Positions 50,278 through 63,500 of a stretch of DNA of 64,000 bases are shown piece after piece; the first letter of the stretch is position 1; each line of letters starts with the position of its first letter. Under the pieces are notes generated by a model. It worked only from the letters and a program-made list of their open reading frames with translations, was not told the origin of the DNA and did no database searches. The stretch lies in IMG/VR virus record IMGVR_UViG_3300028886_000001, one strand, 5' to 3'. Both the position numbers and the translations under genes were made by a program. This DNA is from a virus (Duplodnaviria; Caudoviricetes).

Positions 50278-50313
50278 CATCTGATTAAATAAGATTAAGG
50301 AGGTTTATTGAAT

Positions 50314-51234
50314 ATGAAAATTAGACAAATATCAGATAAAGAGTATCTAGCTGCTATCCAAAAAGCTAACCAAGTTAAGCCAGCTTCTATTACAGAAGCT
50401 GCAAATCTTGAAGGAGATAAAAAAATACATGACCAAAATAAATTATTAAGAGAGGCAGCATTAAATACTACTATAGTAAATAAGAAATGGAGTGACTTCT
50501 GCAATGATGTAAAACAATCATTATTATCAGAATGTATCTATGGTCTTATGGAAGATGCTTTCTTCTATCAACATAATAAAGCTAGAGCAGAACTTATTGG
50601 AAGAAATGTAGTTAATAATTATATTAAAGAACAAGGAACTACTACTTTATTAAAGAAATTCGAAAGTAAATCTTATGTATTATCAGAATTTGCTAGAGTA
50701 ATAGAAGAATCTACACAAAGAATATTAGAGAAATGTGATAAATCTAAGCCAGATACATTCTGCATAGATATGGAAGATAGAGATGAATTCTTTAATAATC
50801 TTAAATCCAATGATGCAGATGAAGTAGCTACTGCTATTAAAATGAGAGTATCAGATGCTTTAGATAAATTTATACAAGATGGAAAAGATCAAAGATCTGA
50901 ATTAGAAGATATCTTAACTCAAACTCAAGAGAAGATAGATGGAGCTAAAACAGAAAATATGAAAGAATCATATAATATGCTTGGCAAGAGAAAGATGTAC
51001 GTTTCTAAGATGAAAAAGAAGAAATCAGTATTAGAAACTATGGTATATAATCTAGCATCTAAGTCTTTTACTAATCAAGCTTTAAAAGAAGCTTATTGTA
51101 AAGATAATAAATTAGATATGGATTCTATAGTAGAAAACTGTACTGTATTATATGCTTTCTTAGAAACTCTTAATACGGCTAAGATAGAAAATGTAAATGA
51201 AGCATTTATAATTAAGACTTTAAAAGAGATGTAA
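50314..51234 (+). CDS. virion protein
   Basis: late promoter at 50276; ITEA, LREA and IEES sites. Confidence 0.6.
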   Translation: MKIRQISDKEYLAAIQKANQVKPASITEAANLEGDKKIHDQNKLLREAALNTTIVNKKWSDFCNDVKQSLLSECIYGLMEDAFFYQHNKARAELIGRNVVNNYIKEQGTTTLLKKFESKSYVLSEFARVIEESTQRILEKCDKSKPDTFCIDMEDRDEFFNNLKSNDADEVATAIKMRVSDALDKFIQDGKDQRSELEDILTQTQEKIDGAKTENMKESYNMLGKRKMYVSKMKKKKSVLETMVYNLASKSFTNQALKEAYCKDNKLDMDSIVENCTVLYAFLETLNTAKIENVNEAFIIKTLKEM

Positions 51235-51238
51235 AATT

Positions 51239-51265
51239 TCCCTATAGGATTTATTCCTATAGGGA
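51239..51265. terminator. bidirectional terminator
   Basis: TCCCTATAGGA / TCCTATAGGGA between convergent genes. Confidence 0.8.
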
Positions 51266-51273
51266 TTTCTTTT

Positions 51274-51690
51274 TTATAATTTTATTATTATGATATTATC
51301 TAATAAAGTAGTTAAGCTATACATATTACTTATAAAGCTATCTGATGATAAGAATTCTGTTATATCATCAACTCCAAATATATCTACAAGTTCATTTTTA
51401 TAAGTATTAAATAGTGTTTTAAATATACTATTTATTATCGGATAGTAGTATTGTGTACAATGTACATATGAACTATCGTTCTTCTTTAAATTAGTTTTCT
51501 TTATTTTTATATTAATTGCATTTGTATTGCAATCATATAAAACTGTAAATGTTTCAAATGTATTTTGTATTAATTGTATTAGGTTGTTTATAATATCTTC
51601 ATTATAAAACCATCTATTCAATGCTATTCTTGCTGAAGATATCATATTGAAATTATATTTTAATTGTGATGTAGTTTCTGCTATATTCAT
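51274..51690 (-). CDS. hypothetical protein
   Basis: GGGAGG RBS before ATG 51690. Confidence 0.7.
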   Translation of the reverse strand: MNIAETTSQLKYNFNMISSARIALNRWFYNEDIINNLIQLIQNTFETFTVLYDCNTNAINIKIKKTNLKKNDSSYVHCTQYYYPIINSIFKTLFNTYKNELVDIFGVDDITEFLSSDSFISNMYSLTTLLDNIIIIKL

Positions 51691-51691
51691 A

Positions 51692-52420
51692 TTAATATGG
51701 TCCTCCCTTATAATCAAAGTATTGTATTTGTTGTTCTGTTTGCTTAGATATAGAATTATACTGATACTTATTATATAGCATATTCAAATAGCTAAGTCTT
51801 ATCTCTACTCTTGGTAGTATAGAATAGTACTTATTAACTGTTCCGCTTACTACTAATGTATCATCTAGCCATACATTATGATTAAACATATCTGAATACT
51901 TCTTTCCTATATTATCCCAATCTGGTTTCTTTATAGGTCTATCTAATCCTAATTCGGCTAAAAATGTACTTACTGTATTATATGTACTAGGTGTCTTTTG
52001 ATATATATTATATTGCATTATACATGGAGTATAGATTAGATTATTTAATTGTATCAATTCTTCATCTACTAATCTTCTCATATATAAACTATCTTCTTTA
52101 GCATTAATACTATATACATGAACAAATTGTCCATTACTTAATGCTTCATTAACAAAATTAGTTCTATTTACTAATCTAAATCTTGGTCTTGGAGTACCTT
52201 CTGGTTCTTCAAATAATACTATAGTTATATCTGTATATTGTAATTCTCTAAGCATCATATATCTTGCATTAAGTATTTCTCTTTGCTTGGCTTCTGTTAC
52301 ATGATAATGATCATACATCCAAGATAATCTCTCATTAAAGTCTACTGGAATATGTGAATACTTCTCTTTATATTCTAATTCCTTTTGAGCTCTATTTTTT
52401 CTTTTTCTTCTTTGAGTCAT
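51692..52420 (-). CDS. RusA-like Holliday junction resolvase
   Basis: PRPRF, KPDWDNIGK, WLDD and KYYS..PRVEI motifs. Confidence 0.85.
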   Translation of the reverse strand: MTQRRKRKNRAQKELEYKEKYSHIPVDFNERLSWMYDHYHVTEAKQREILNARYMMLRELQYTDITIVLFEEPEGTPRPRFRLVNRTNFVNEALSNGQFVHVYSINAKEDSLYMRRLVDEELIQLNNLIYTPCIMQYNIYQKTPSTYNTVSTFLAELGLDRPIKKPDWDNIGKKYSDMFNHNVWLDDTLVVSGTVNKYYSILPRVEIRLSYLNMLYNKYQYNSISKQTEQQIQYFDYKGGPY

Positions 52421-52550
52421 AATTATTGTATTCTCCTTTTGTACTAGGTTTCTTAGGTTTTATTTTCTGTATACGTTCTTCTTCGTAGTCATTAAAATAT
52501 TCTTCGTCTGTCCAATCTAAATCTCTCATTTTACTAAAATCTTTTTTCAT
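52392..52550 (-). CDS. small hypothetical protein
   Basis: MKKDFSKMRDLDW..; start chosen by RBS. Confidence 0.6.
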   Translation of the reverse strand: MKKDFSKMRDLDWTDEEYFNDYEEERIQKIKPKKPSTKGEYNNYDSKKKKKK

Positions 52551-52648
52551 ACTCTCTTTACCCCTTTTTTGAATCATAAAATTTTAGTGTAGAGCGTTAT
52601 GCTCTACACTCTTATTATTAAGTTACATATATTGTATATTTTAATATA

Positions 52649-54484
52649 TCATGGTTTAGAATATATACTCTTAAGTAATCCTACTACAGATTTATTAATT
52701 GACCAAGCTACATTAGTAACTGAAGTCTTAACGAAGTTTAAATATCTATAATAGAATAATGTTATAGATCTTACTGCATCTGGTTTATTAATATTCAAAC
52801 CACACATATTAGCTATATAATCTAACTCTTGATTATTTCTAGCAAAGTCTTTAGGATTAGTCTCGTTAGATAAAGATAATGTTTGATATAAGTCTTTAAT
52901 ACTTATAGTTACATCTACTTCTGTTGGAAGACCATCCATTGTCCATTTACATTTATCTCCTTTAGATATAGACATATCTGTTATTATAGCCATATCAGTA
53001 GTAAAGAATCCTTTATAATGAGCTCTTACTATAAATGGAGACATAATACCATTCACTCCATTTTGTAATGGAATCATAAGTCCTAATAAATGTGCTATTG
53101 GTACTAATATATTATAATATATACTAAGTTTATCACTATCTGGTGTTCTTAATTTTATAGTACAACTATATGATCTAGAGAAAGAACTATCTGCCCATAT
53201 CTCTGGAAATATAATCTTACCACCAGATGCTACATTTAATATTCCTTGAGATAAATTAGCTTGGAATTTCTTAGTAAACATAGATGAATATTTCTTTACA
53301 AATGAATTTATCTCATTACTAAACTCTGTTGCATTCTCTTGCTTTAGCTTTTCAAATTGTAATCCAGAAGAACCGCCTATAAGAAATTGTATTTCTCTAG
53401 ACATAGAAGATAATGAGTTAATACCAGATGCAAGTTGGCTTTCTGTAGTACTATTACCAAAAGATTCTGATATTTGTGTTTCTGAATCTATATAGAATGC
53501 TACAGTATCTGCTGCTGAATAATATGTTTTAAATGATTCACTAGCATACTTCTTCCAATCATAATCTCCTAATGATGCACCTAATATTCCTTTAGCTGTA
53601 GGAGAATCTTCACTAGCTATTCTTAAGTATTGTGCCATAAGATGACATATAGGATTTACATAGTTAAAATACTCTATGTACTTATAATCAAAACTATAGA
53701 ATTTACCTGTCTCTTCTCCTAATATAGCTTCTAATGAAGGCATATCTGCTCCGCTGCCATCAAGCATTCTGGTAAGCATTCCTCTGGCAGTACCTGAAGA
53801 ATAATCAGACATAAAGTTTGGTCTACCTGGGGATAATAGTAATACTGGTAAGTGTTGTATTATCTTTTCTGTATACATAGAACCAAATGTAGATCCTTCT
53901 ATTGGATAATCATTAGATTCTAAGTATTGATAAGGCATACCAAATACTCCTTTAGGATCTCTCAAGAATGCTGTAGCATCTTTTAATGATAAATCTCCTA
54001 TACTTTTAGCAGTTACACTAATATCATCTTCTGTCATACTGTCGTTTACATCATATGCAGTACTTAATGCATATTCTATACCTTCACTATCACGATTACC
54101 TCTAGATTTATCACGATCATCTACAGTATTTGCACCAGATGCTTTATTTTCTTTATCAAGCTTATTATCTTTAACTACTGCATCATATGCTTCTTTATTC
54201 ATTTTAGCATATGCTATATCTAGATTACTGGCATCTGGAATCTGTAACCATCCTTTAGTTGTACAAGCATATAGATAACCATTAGCTCTATATGTTAATC
54301 CACCAATTGCATTTAAATAATTACCATCTGGATGATATATACCAATATAACTAGCATTATTAGCAGAAGAAGAGAATATATTACATTCATCTTTTACTTT
54401 AATCATAGTTATTAATACATCACCATCAGCTTCTAATTGTTCATCTGTAACTTGACTACCATCTACTAATGTATGTGTTGCCAT
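52649..54484 (-). CDS. baseplate / tail-tube initiator-like protein
   Basis: FPEIWADSSFSRSY, SPFIVR and GLPTEVDVTISIKDL; follows the tape-measure gene. Confidence 0.6.
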   Translation of the reverse strand: MATHTLVDGSQVTDEQLEADGDVLITMIKVKDECNIFSSSANNASYIGIYHPDGNYLNAIGGLTYRANGYLYACTTKGWLQIPDASNLDIAYAKMNKEAYDAVVKDNKLDKENKASGANTVDDRDKSRGNRDSEGIEYALSTAYDVNDSMTEDDISVTAKSIGDLSLKDATAFLRDPKGVFGMPYQYLESNDYPIEGSTFGSMYTEKIIQHLPVLLLSPGRPNFMSDYSSGTARGMLTRMLDGSGADMPSLEAILGEETGKFYSFDYKYIEYFNYVNPICHLMAQYLRIASEDSPTAKGILGASLGDYDWKKYASESFKTYYSAADTVAFYIDSETQISESFGNSTTESQLASGINSLSSMSREIQFLIGGSSGLQFEKLKQENATEFSNEINSFVKKYSSMFTKKFQANLSQGILNVASGGKIIFPEIWADSSFSRSYSCTIKLRTPDSDKLSIYYNILVPIAHLLGLMIPLQNGVNGIMSPFIVRAHYKGFFTTDMAIITDMSISKGDKCKWTMDGLPTEVDVTISIKDLYQTLSLSNETNPKDFARNNQELDYIANMCGLNINKPDAVRSITLFYYRYLNFVKTSVTNVAWSINKSVVGLLKSIYSKP

Positions 54485-54501
54485 AATTTATTACCTCCTT
54501 A

Positions 54502-54535
54502 AATACTCCTAGTGGAATATTCCACTAGGAGTATT
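54502..54535 (-). terminator. hairpin after the tape-measure gene
   Basis: AATACTCCTAGTGGAA / TTCCACTAGGAGTATT. Confidence 0.75.
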
Positions 54536-54538
54536 ATA

Positions 54539-57500
54539 TTATTCTACTGCCAATTTATTTAATAATTCCATTAGATATGCATTATCTGGATTTTGGTCTT
54601 GATTAGCATCTCTCATTACAGTCATAATTGAATTAGCAGTATTAGCATTATCAGCTGCTGTATTACCTGATCTATTAGCTAGTATTTCTACTATCTTATT
54701 TAATAGATTTGTATTATCTGATATCTTTAATAGAGTTTGTATTATAACTTTCAATAACTTGTTATAGTCTTGAGTTTTTAATGTAGTATTGTTGTTTTCT
54801 ATAGTAGTACTATCTGTAGGTCCGAATCCCATACCCTTAGAATTGTATGGTGTTCTCTTATTCTTAATCTTAGAATTCATAGGATTATCTGGTCCTGAAC
54901 CAGCATCTAATTTACTAATATATCCATCTAAATTATCTGTATCATTCATAGATATATCGGTTTTCATCTTAGAATCCATAGGATTATCTGGTCCTGAACC
55001 AGCATCCTTATTTTCACTATCACTGCTAGCATTTTCATCAGTATTCTTGAATCCCATTAAGCTATTAAATGCTCTAGTTGCTTTTGTTCCAAGTGTACTA
55101 AAGAATTCATATAATGAAGGTTTACTTTCAGTAGATTTACTAGATGAAGAATCAGATGATGAATTGCTATCACTAGAACCTGATGCTTTAGAACCATCTA
55201 ATTTCTTATCTGATATCCAAGCATGCATCATTCCAGCGTTCTTTAAATCTGTCATAGATACGGTTAATGGTTGATCTCTATATCCAGGATTGTTTATTCT
55301 TACATTACCATCTTTATCTGCATTTACTGCAAATACTAAATGTCCACCACTTGAGAATGGTCTACTTCCTTGTCCTGATAATATAGCTGGTCTATTGTCT
55401 TGTAAAGCTGGCAATAAAGTTCCATCATAGTCTGTTGTTTCTACCATGTTTATACCATATACTTTACCTTGTTTAGCAAAGTAATCCCATGAAGTACCTG
55501 CACCACTAATATATCCTCCATTATTTGTAGACCAATCAGCTGTTTCATCTGGAGTTACTGAATTATTAGTTACTGAATCTATAAGCATAGCCATAGATGT
55601 TGGTCCACAACCTGATCTTTGAACTGTTGAACTTCCGTATGGGTGACTAGCCCATCTTTCATCAAATTGCTGGAAGTATACTGCACCATTTTGTTTATCA
55701 GAGTCTTTTACATTACCGAATCCTACTCCAATACCTTTATGGTTAACTTGTTTGTCTGATTTACTATTTTGTACTCCTCCTATATTTAATAGTGAATTCT
55801 TCTTACCTTTATCTATATCTTTATCAGACTTAGAGTTTTGTACTCCACCTTTACCGAATCTTGATGTAAATGATTGATCACCACTTAAGTATGCATTAGG
55901 ATCAAATCTAGCTTGGTCTTTACTATCTCTTACTTCATAATGTAAATGAGGACCACTAGAGTTACCAGTACTACCTACCTGTCCTAATTTATCACCCATA
56001 CTTATCTTATCACCAGATTTAAATGTTATTCCGTTTCTATTAGGTAATGATTGCATATGAGCAAAGTAATGATAATTACCATTATGAGCATCATCAGAAT
56101 TAGTTTCAGCTACTTTTAATAAGTTTCCATATCCTCCACTAGATTCTGGAGATAATGATGATACAACTACACCATCTATAGGTGATATTATATCTTTTCC
56201 TTCTATATCTGATTTACTATAATCTATTCCTGTGTGTTTATGATCCCCTCTTTGCTCTTCATATGGTCCTGTAACTACTGCTCCACCTAATGTAGAATTA
56301 TACCAAGCATCTGAATCGTATTTACCTGTAGCAGATTTATATCCTGTTGTATTTGAAGAAGAACTACTTGACTTAGATGACTTATCACCATATCCAAATA
56401 ATGAATTTATTGATTTAGAAGCCAATGTAGCTAAATCTGTAAAGAAGTTCATTACACTTGGTTCAGATTCACTTGATTTAGAATTAGATGCCTTGCCATC
56501 ATAACTTGCATTATTATTTTCAGCTTTTGAAGGGTCATATGAACCATTAGTATTATCTACAGTATGTCCAGCTTCACCGCTTCTTGTTGTAGGTGTATTC
56601 CACATTATACTACTGATATTATTAATCCATTCTTCATTAGGGGAACCATCATCCATTTCTGCATACATATGATGCTTATCTGCATATTCCATCTTTTGTA
56701 ATGTATCTTGACCAGGAGTAGTAAAGTTATCTTTAATCCATTGAGCACCTTTAACAACACCGTCTTCTGGACTAGCAAAATCATAAGCTGAACTATAAGG
56801 AGTTGCATTATAAGCTGCTATACCAAATGGGTTATTTTTATCTTTCCATATTGTAGAACTACCCCAACCAGTTTCAAGCATACAATGTGCAAATATATAT
56901 TTAGGATCCAATCCAGATTTTTGACCAGCTTGTATAAATGCATCTGATAATTGAGATATACCAGTATCTTTATGCATTTTATCCATATAGTTTCTTAGCA
57001 AATCTGCATTAGTATCATATCCTATTTTTGAATCAAGTTTAGCATATCTTAAACTATTAGAATTATCAAATCCTGGATAATCTTCTGCTCCTCCTATATT
57101 TTTATTTACACCTTGAGCCATGGCTAATTGCTTATCTGTAACTATTCCACTAGCTTTAGCCATTCGATTTATTGTATTTATATCGTTATAAGGTTTAGCT
57201 CCAGAGCCTATTCTTATATTTGATTTCTTTTTATTTCCTTTAGCAAAGTCTTTATTTGCTTGTAATACTTTGTATGCTAATTGAGATTTATTTTCTGTAG
57301 AAGTTCTTGATCTTAATTGGTCTTTTGATAAAGTTCTATAATCATGATCAAATATAGGAGATCTCTTTCCTTTTGCTATATCTTTATCAGATTTACTATC
57401 TTGAACTCCACCCCATCCAAATGCTGAAGCAATTTTATCTTTTACAGCTTTTACACCATATAGCCATGGCATTGCAATAAATGCTCCTTTCTTTATACCA

Positions 57501-60500
57501 GACCATACTTTACTCATTATTCCTTGTTTTTTAGTATTATTATTAGATGGATCTCCATCTTTATCTTCATTCTTATCTGCATCTATGTCTCCGTTTTCTA
57601 CTGCATTATTATAATCTTCTAATGTATATGATACACCATATTTATCATTAAACTCTGCTAGTTTAGCTTGAGCTTTTTCTCTTTGTTTTAATAAATCCAT
57701 ATCAGTTTTACCACATACATTTCCTACTATAGTTGTAAATAATGATATCCACCACTTAGTAGGGAATAATCCTAAAGTAACTACCCCATTTAATGCATTT
57801 ACTAAACCAGCTATAATCTTAGATGAAGTAGATGGTTCTTCTGTTATTCCTAATATATTCTTTGCATCACTATAACCAGTTATGAAGTCATATACTGCAA
57901 ATGCTATATTTATCAAACCTGCTGATCCTATAAATCCTGCTATCTTACCTATAGCTTTTGCTAATGTCTTACCAACAAGCTTTTCTGCTAATTCTTTAAG
58001 CAAAGTTGGAAGTCCTTTTTCTACTAAAGCTTTAGCTACATTTTCTCCTAATAGCTTTTGTACTTTTGAATTACCTACTATTTTCTTAAATAAAGAACCT
58101 ACTTTAGCAAGGAATTTTCCTTTTAATGCACTATGTTCGGCTGAATTAGCAGCTGTTTCTACTACCTTCTCTACTCCTTTTTGTCCTGCTTCTGCTACTT
58201 TAGTAGCCCCTTTACCTAATGTATCTGCTGCTATATTTGTACCAGTCTTTGCTAGTTGTTTATTAGCTTTAGCTGTAGCAAAGTCTATTACTTTTGCTCC
58301 GCCTTTAGATGCTTCTTTTGCTACTTCTTCTGTAGCTTCTTTAGTAGTATTTTTAATAGTCTGCTCTACTGCTTCTTGTCCAGCATTTTTACCTATACCG
58401 AAACTACGATCTAGTACATTATGCACACTATATTTACCGTTACCTATTTTATCTATTGCAGACATTGCACCTTGTTTAACTGTTCTGAATGGATGCATTA
58501 CCTTTCCTAAAGTAGATGTGGCTTTAAGTGATTTAGTAGCTGAATTAAATATAGGTTTAAATATAGATCCTCTACCACCTGTAAGAGCATATTTACCAAG
58601 TGCTTTAACAGATCTTTTGCCTAGATTTCCTAAAGAAGAAGTACCTACTTCTTCTGCATTTACTTGATTTCCTTCAGAGTCCACATATGTTTGACTATCT
58701 TCATCATAATGAACATCTTTAGCATCTATTTGATTTCCTTCTGCATCTGTATATATTGTTTGTCTAGTATCTTGGAAACCTAATTTCTTAAGCCCCCAAT
58801 TAGCTATACCCTTTGCTGATTTGCCAAGGAAACTTAGTATAGCTTTACTTATATTTCCTATAGTTCCGTCTCCACCAAATATAGATCCTATTATAGAACC
58901 ACCAAGAACTAATTTAAGTATTTTGCCTAATCCACTAAATCCACCTAATAATTCACTTATCTTAGATTTAGCTTTATCTTTTACTTCTTCTCCTTTTATT
59001 ACTGCTGCTTGTCCTACTGCTGCTCCAACCTTTCCAAGGTTTTCTAAAGCCTTTTGTCTTAGTTCTTTATTTGATTGTATATCTTTTATTGTCTTTCTAG
59101 TCTCTGGATCAGATTTATCTGGTTCTAAGTCACCATCTTTATTTCTTTCTACTCTATATACTTGCATATCTGAAGTAAGCAAATCTGTCTTGTGATCATT
59201 AGGATTATCATCAAGTATACCACCAGAAGGTCCATTATCTGCTTCTTGTTGTTTCTTAGCTTTATCTATACCACTAGTATTAGTATTTTGAGTAGCTTTA
59301 TCTACTGCTTGTTGCCCTTCTGTCTTTTTGCCATGTCTATCATTATAATAGTCTAATGCGTCATTAGCTACATCTATATCTTTAGTTTCTGTAGTATTAT
59401 CTTCTTCTGGTTTTTCATTAGCTTTAGCTTGTTCAAGTGCTTCAGCATTTTCTTTAATCTTATCTTGTAAGCTTGGTAATTTACCAGTTTTAGCTAATGC
59501 TTGTTCTTCTGGTGTTGGTACATAATTTGGATCTGCAGCCATCTTTAATTGAAGTGATACTGTTTGTACTACTGATAATAATTCTGTTTGGAATTTACTA
59601 TCACGTGCTTCTTGAGCTTTTAATAATTCATTTTGCTTATATTGTAATTTTTCTGTTTCTGTCATTCCTGCTAACTTTTCTTGTTTTCTAGCTTCTCTAT
59701 TTACTTTTTCAGATCCTAATAATTCTAATAACTTACCACTATCAAGACTCTTAGTAATATCTACACCAAACTTTTCTTTCATAGTTTGTTCTAGTTTACT
59801 CATATCTTCTTCTGAAGTCTTATAAGAACCATTTATGAACTTATCATATTCTTTGGCTTGCTTTTCCATAGTTTCTATTATGGATTTTCTCTTAGCACTT
59901 TCCATTTCTCTCTTAGCTATATTTGATAATTCTTCGTCTGATTTATCACTATAACGTCCATTCTTTCTAGCATCCATAATAAATCTATCTACATCGTCTT
60001 GAAGTTCATTTCTATTAGCATAGTCAAATTTAAGAGTACTTGCTAGTATCTTAGCACCTTCAATATCTCCATTATGAACTGCATTAAGTATTTTCTTAGC
60101 ATTGCCACCTTTGAAATATGGATTAACAGTATTAGCTAAGTCTTTAACTTGCTCTTTTCTCATATCAAAGTTCTTATCTTTTACTTGTCTATATCCTATT
60201 AAGTTTTCTCTTAATTTAGATAAGCCTTCATCATCTAATTGAACTATACCTTCATCGACTTTTCTAGCTCTAGTAGCTGTATCATTATCTAATGTCTTTA
60301 TAACTCCTTCTGGTACTCCAAAACTTCTTGCTAAGTCTTGTATTGCACCGCCAGCAAGATTTCCGTATCTTATATATTTATTATAGACATTCTTATTTCT
60401 TTCGTCCATTCTTTCTTGAGCTGTAGTATTTCTAGAGTATCCTCTATTAATATTGAATGTCTTTTCTCTATTAGATATAAATTTAGCTACACCACCTATA

Positions 60501-63500
60501 GCTTTAGGTCCTAAACCTAATAATCCTATAGCCGCTTTACCTACTAATCTAAATGGTGATAATATAGGTTTAAGCAATTTATCTTCTAGCCATTTTCTGA
60601 ATGGAACACCTTTAGATTTCATAAATCTTTCATCTAAGAAATCTTTAAGTGAACGAGCCGCACTTTTAAATAATCCAGTAACCATGTCTTTTGTATTAGA
60701 CATTAATTCCTTAAGTGGATTAAACAATACTTCATTAAGTTTTGATTTAAGTTTATCTTTAGTTTTAACTAAAGATTTCTTTAATGGATTGATTAAGTTA
60801 TCTCTTATAGTAGGTAATAATCCTCCTTGATATTCTCCATTATCATCTTGAACGCCAAGTACATATTCTCTAAATTTATTATTTGTTGTAGCTAGTCCTG
60901 CTGCTGCTCCTAAAGCAACACTAGGTAATAATCCAAGTCCAAATGGAGTTGTTACTGCTCCTAATAGTGCTCCTATACCAGCATGAGGTGCATATTTATC
61001 TACTTTCTTCTTAAACTCTTCTTTATCTCCAAATAAAGAATTCTTTGAATCTCCAAATAGTAAATCTTGCACTGTATTACTATTCTTAACAAATCCTGCT
61101 GTAGCTCCTAATATCATACCACCTACAGGTCCTAAAGGTCCAAATGGTAATAATCCAGCTACTCCACCTACTATACCAAGTCTTTTAGCATCTGGGAATG
61201 CTTTATTTATAAACTTAGTAGCTTTCTTAGAGAAGACTCCGCCTTCTCTTTCTCCGTCTTTTCCTACTTCTCCAAATAACCAATTTTGCATAGCATCGCT
61301 TTTCTTAGTAATTGCTATACCTGCTCCTACAGCTGCTCCTAATAATGGACCACCTATAGCTCCAGTTAATAATGAAACTCCTCCACCAATTAAGCCACCT
61401 GTTATAGCTTCTGGTGCATATTTATTTATATCTTTAGTAATACTATCTGCAGCTTTCTTAAAGTTCTCTTTGTTCTTTTTAGAGCTCTTACCAAATAATG
61501 AATCTGAGAATGTAGTTACACCATTTATTGCTGTTTCATACATTTTTTCTACATATGGTCTAGCTTGTTCATATGATGCTCTTAATTGAGGATCTAATGG
61601 AATACCGTTTTCATCGAAGTCTTGTTTATTATGAAGTGCTATCTTATTATAAGTATTCTTTATTGCCTGAGTAGCATATTCAGCTTTTCCAGATTCTTTT
61701 AATTTTCTAAATGCATTTCTTACATTAGCATCTTTAAAACCTTCGCCTTCTATTATACTTCTATCTTCGAAACCACCCATTTCATCATTTAAGTTTTGCA
61801 TATCAGTAGCAAACTTATTGAAAGCATTAGTTCTTTCTTTTTGACTATCTGATTGTAAAGCTTTAAATAATGTAGTTAATCCTTGTTGAATCATTGTACT
61901 AGATTTACTTATTTCTTGTACACTATCAGCAGATACTACCATTTCGCCTTCACTTAATGTAGCTACTGTAGATTCATTTACACCTTTAGCACCTGTACCT
62001 TTAGCAAAGTGTGGTGTAGAACCCCACATATAGTCATACATAGCTTTAATTAAGCCTTTAAGTTTATCCTTCATTGCATTAGATTCTTCTTCATAACCTG
62101 GCTCTGTTCCTAAATCCATATCTCCAGGTAATACAATACCAGAATTAGTAGCCTTCTTAGGTTTACTTGATTTACCTAATAACTTATCTCTTATGTCTTT
62201 TACATATTCTAATATCTTAGAAGTTGTATCTGTTTGAATATTTATTTGGTCGTTAAATCCACCTACAAGTCCTGGATGTTGTTCTACAAATTCATCAACA
62301 GAACCACTAGTATCTTGTGCCATCTTTAGATTATCATTAGATATTACATCTAGTATTGACATCTTAGTTTTATCTATTTTATTATCAGATGTAAATTTAT
62401 TTAATACATCCATAGTCTTCTTATAAGATGCAAATTTATTTTCTATCTTTTTAACTTCTTCTGGAGATTTAGCATTCTTCTTTGCAGATTCTATCATTTT
62501 AGTATATTTATCATTACCAGAAGAAAGATCATTATATAAATCATTTAGTGTATAACTATCTAATTTATCATAATCATTTATATCAGTAATATTATTAGTC
62601 TGATTTCTTAAGATTGATTTTAATACATTCTTACCAGCTATGTCTAATCCTAATTTATCAGCTAACTTGTCATATCTATCTCCAAATTCATTTCGTAAAA
62701 GTTCCCTTTCATTAGCTTTGATACCAGGCATGACATCTTTATAATGTCTTAAGTACTTATTGTTTTGGAGATAAGTTAAGTATTCATCTGTATTGTAGTA
62801 TTGTTTTCTATTACTTAATTTACTCTGTAATTCATTTATCTTTTTAACTACAGCTTCAGGTATATTTTTCTTATTATTTGGATTAGTATATTTAGATAAT
62901 AATCTATCTAATTCTTTCTTATCTTTTTGTGCTTGCCACTTACCTTTTTGGATTTGCTTTAATATTGTAGGTCTTAACTCAGCATTTTGCTTCTTTGCAT
63001 CATTATAATTGAACTCCATATATTTAGATTTTACTGATTCTGAAGCAGCTGCATCATTATATGGATCAAAGCTAAAATTAGAATAATAATCTGATGATTT
63101 TCTTTCTCCATCTGTCATACTGAAATTATCATGTACAACACCATTTTCATCCATAGATGCATATTCATCAGTTTCATCTTCTTTGATAGCATTCCTACTT
63201 AATTTATTTGGTTTTTTCTTACTCTTTATTTTATTAATCAGAGGTCCGAAGGTATCACTAAACGCTCCTTTGACACTATCCTTAACTGTTCCCCATGCAG
63301 ATTTTAAAGAGTCCTTTATACCTGTACCTAAACCTTTGAACCTATCTTTTAATGGGTTTATAATAGTATCTTTAAAGAAGTCTTTTATGTTCTTCTTTAA
63401 ACTATCTATTCCTGTAGCTTCTTTTAAAGGCTTTAATACTTTCTCATCTAAGAATTCATTGAATCTTTTAAAAGTATCTTGCATCTTTTTTATTAAATGA

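Noticed and set aside
54789-63500. Several + strand ORFs (e.g. 57882..58667) opposite the tape-measure gene
   Set aside because: Antisense shadows caused by codon bias; no RBS or promoter
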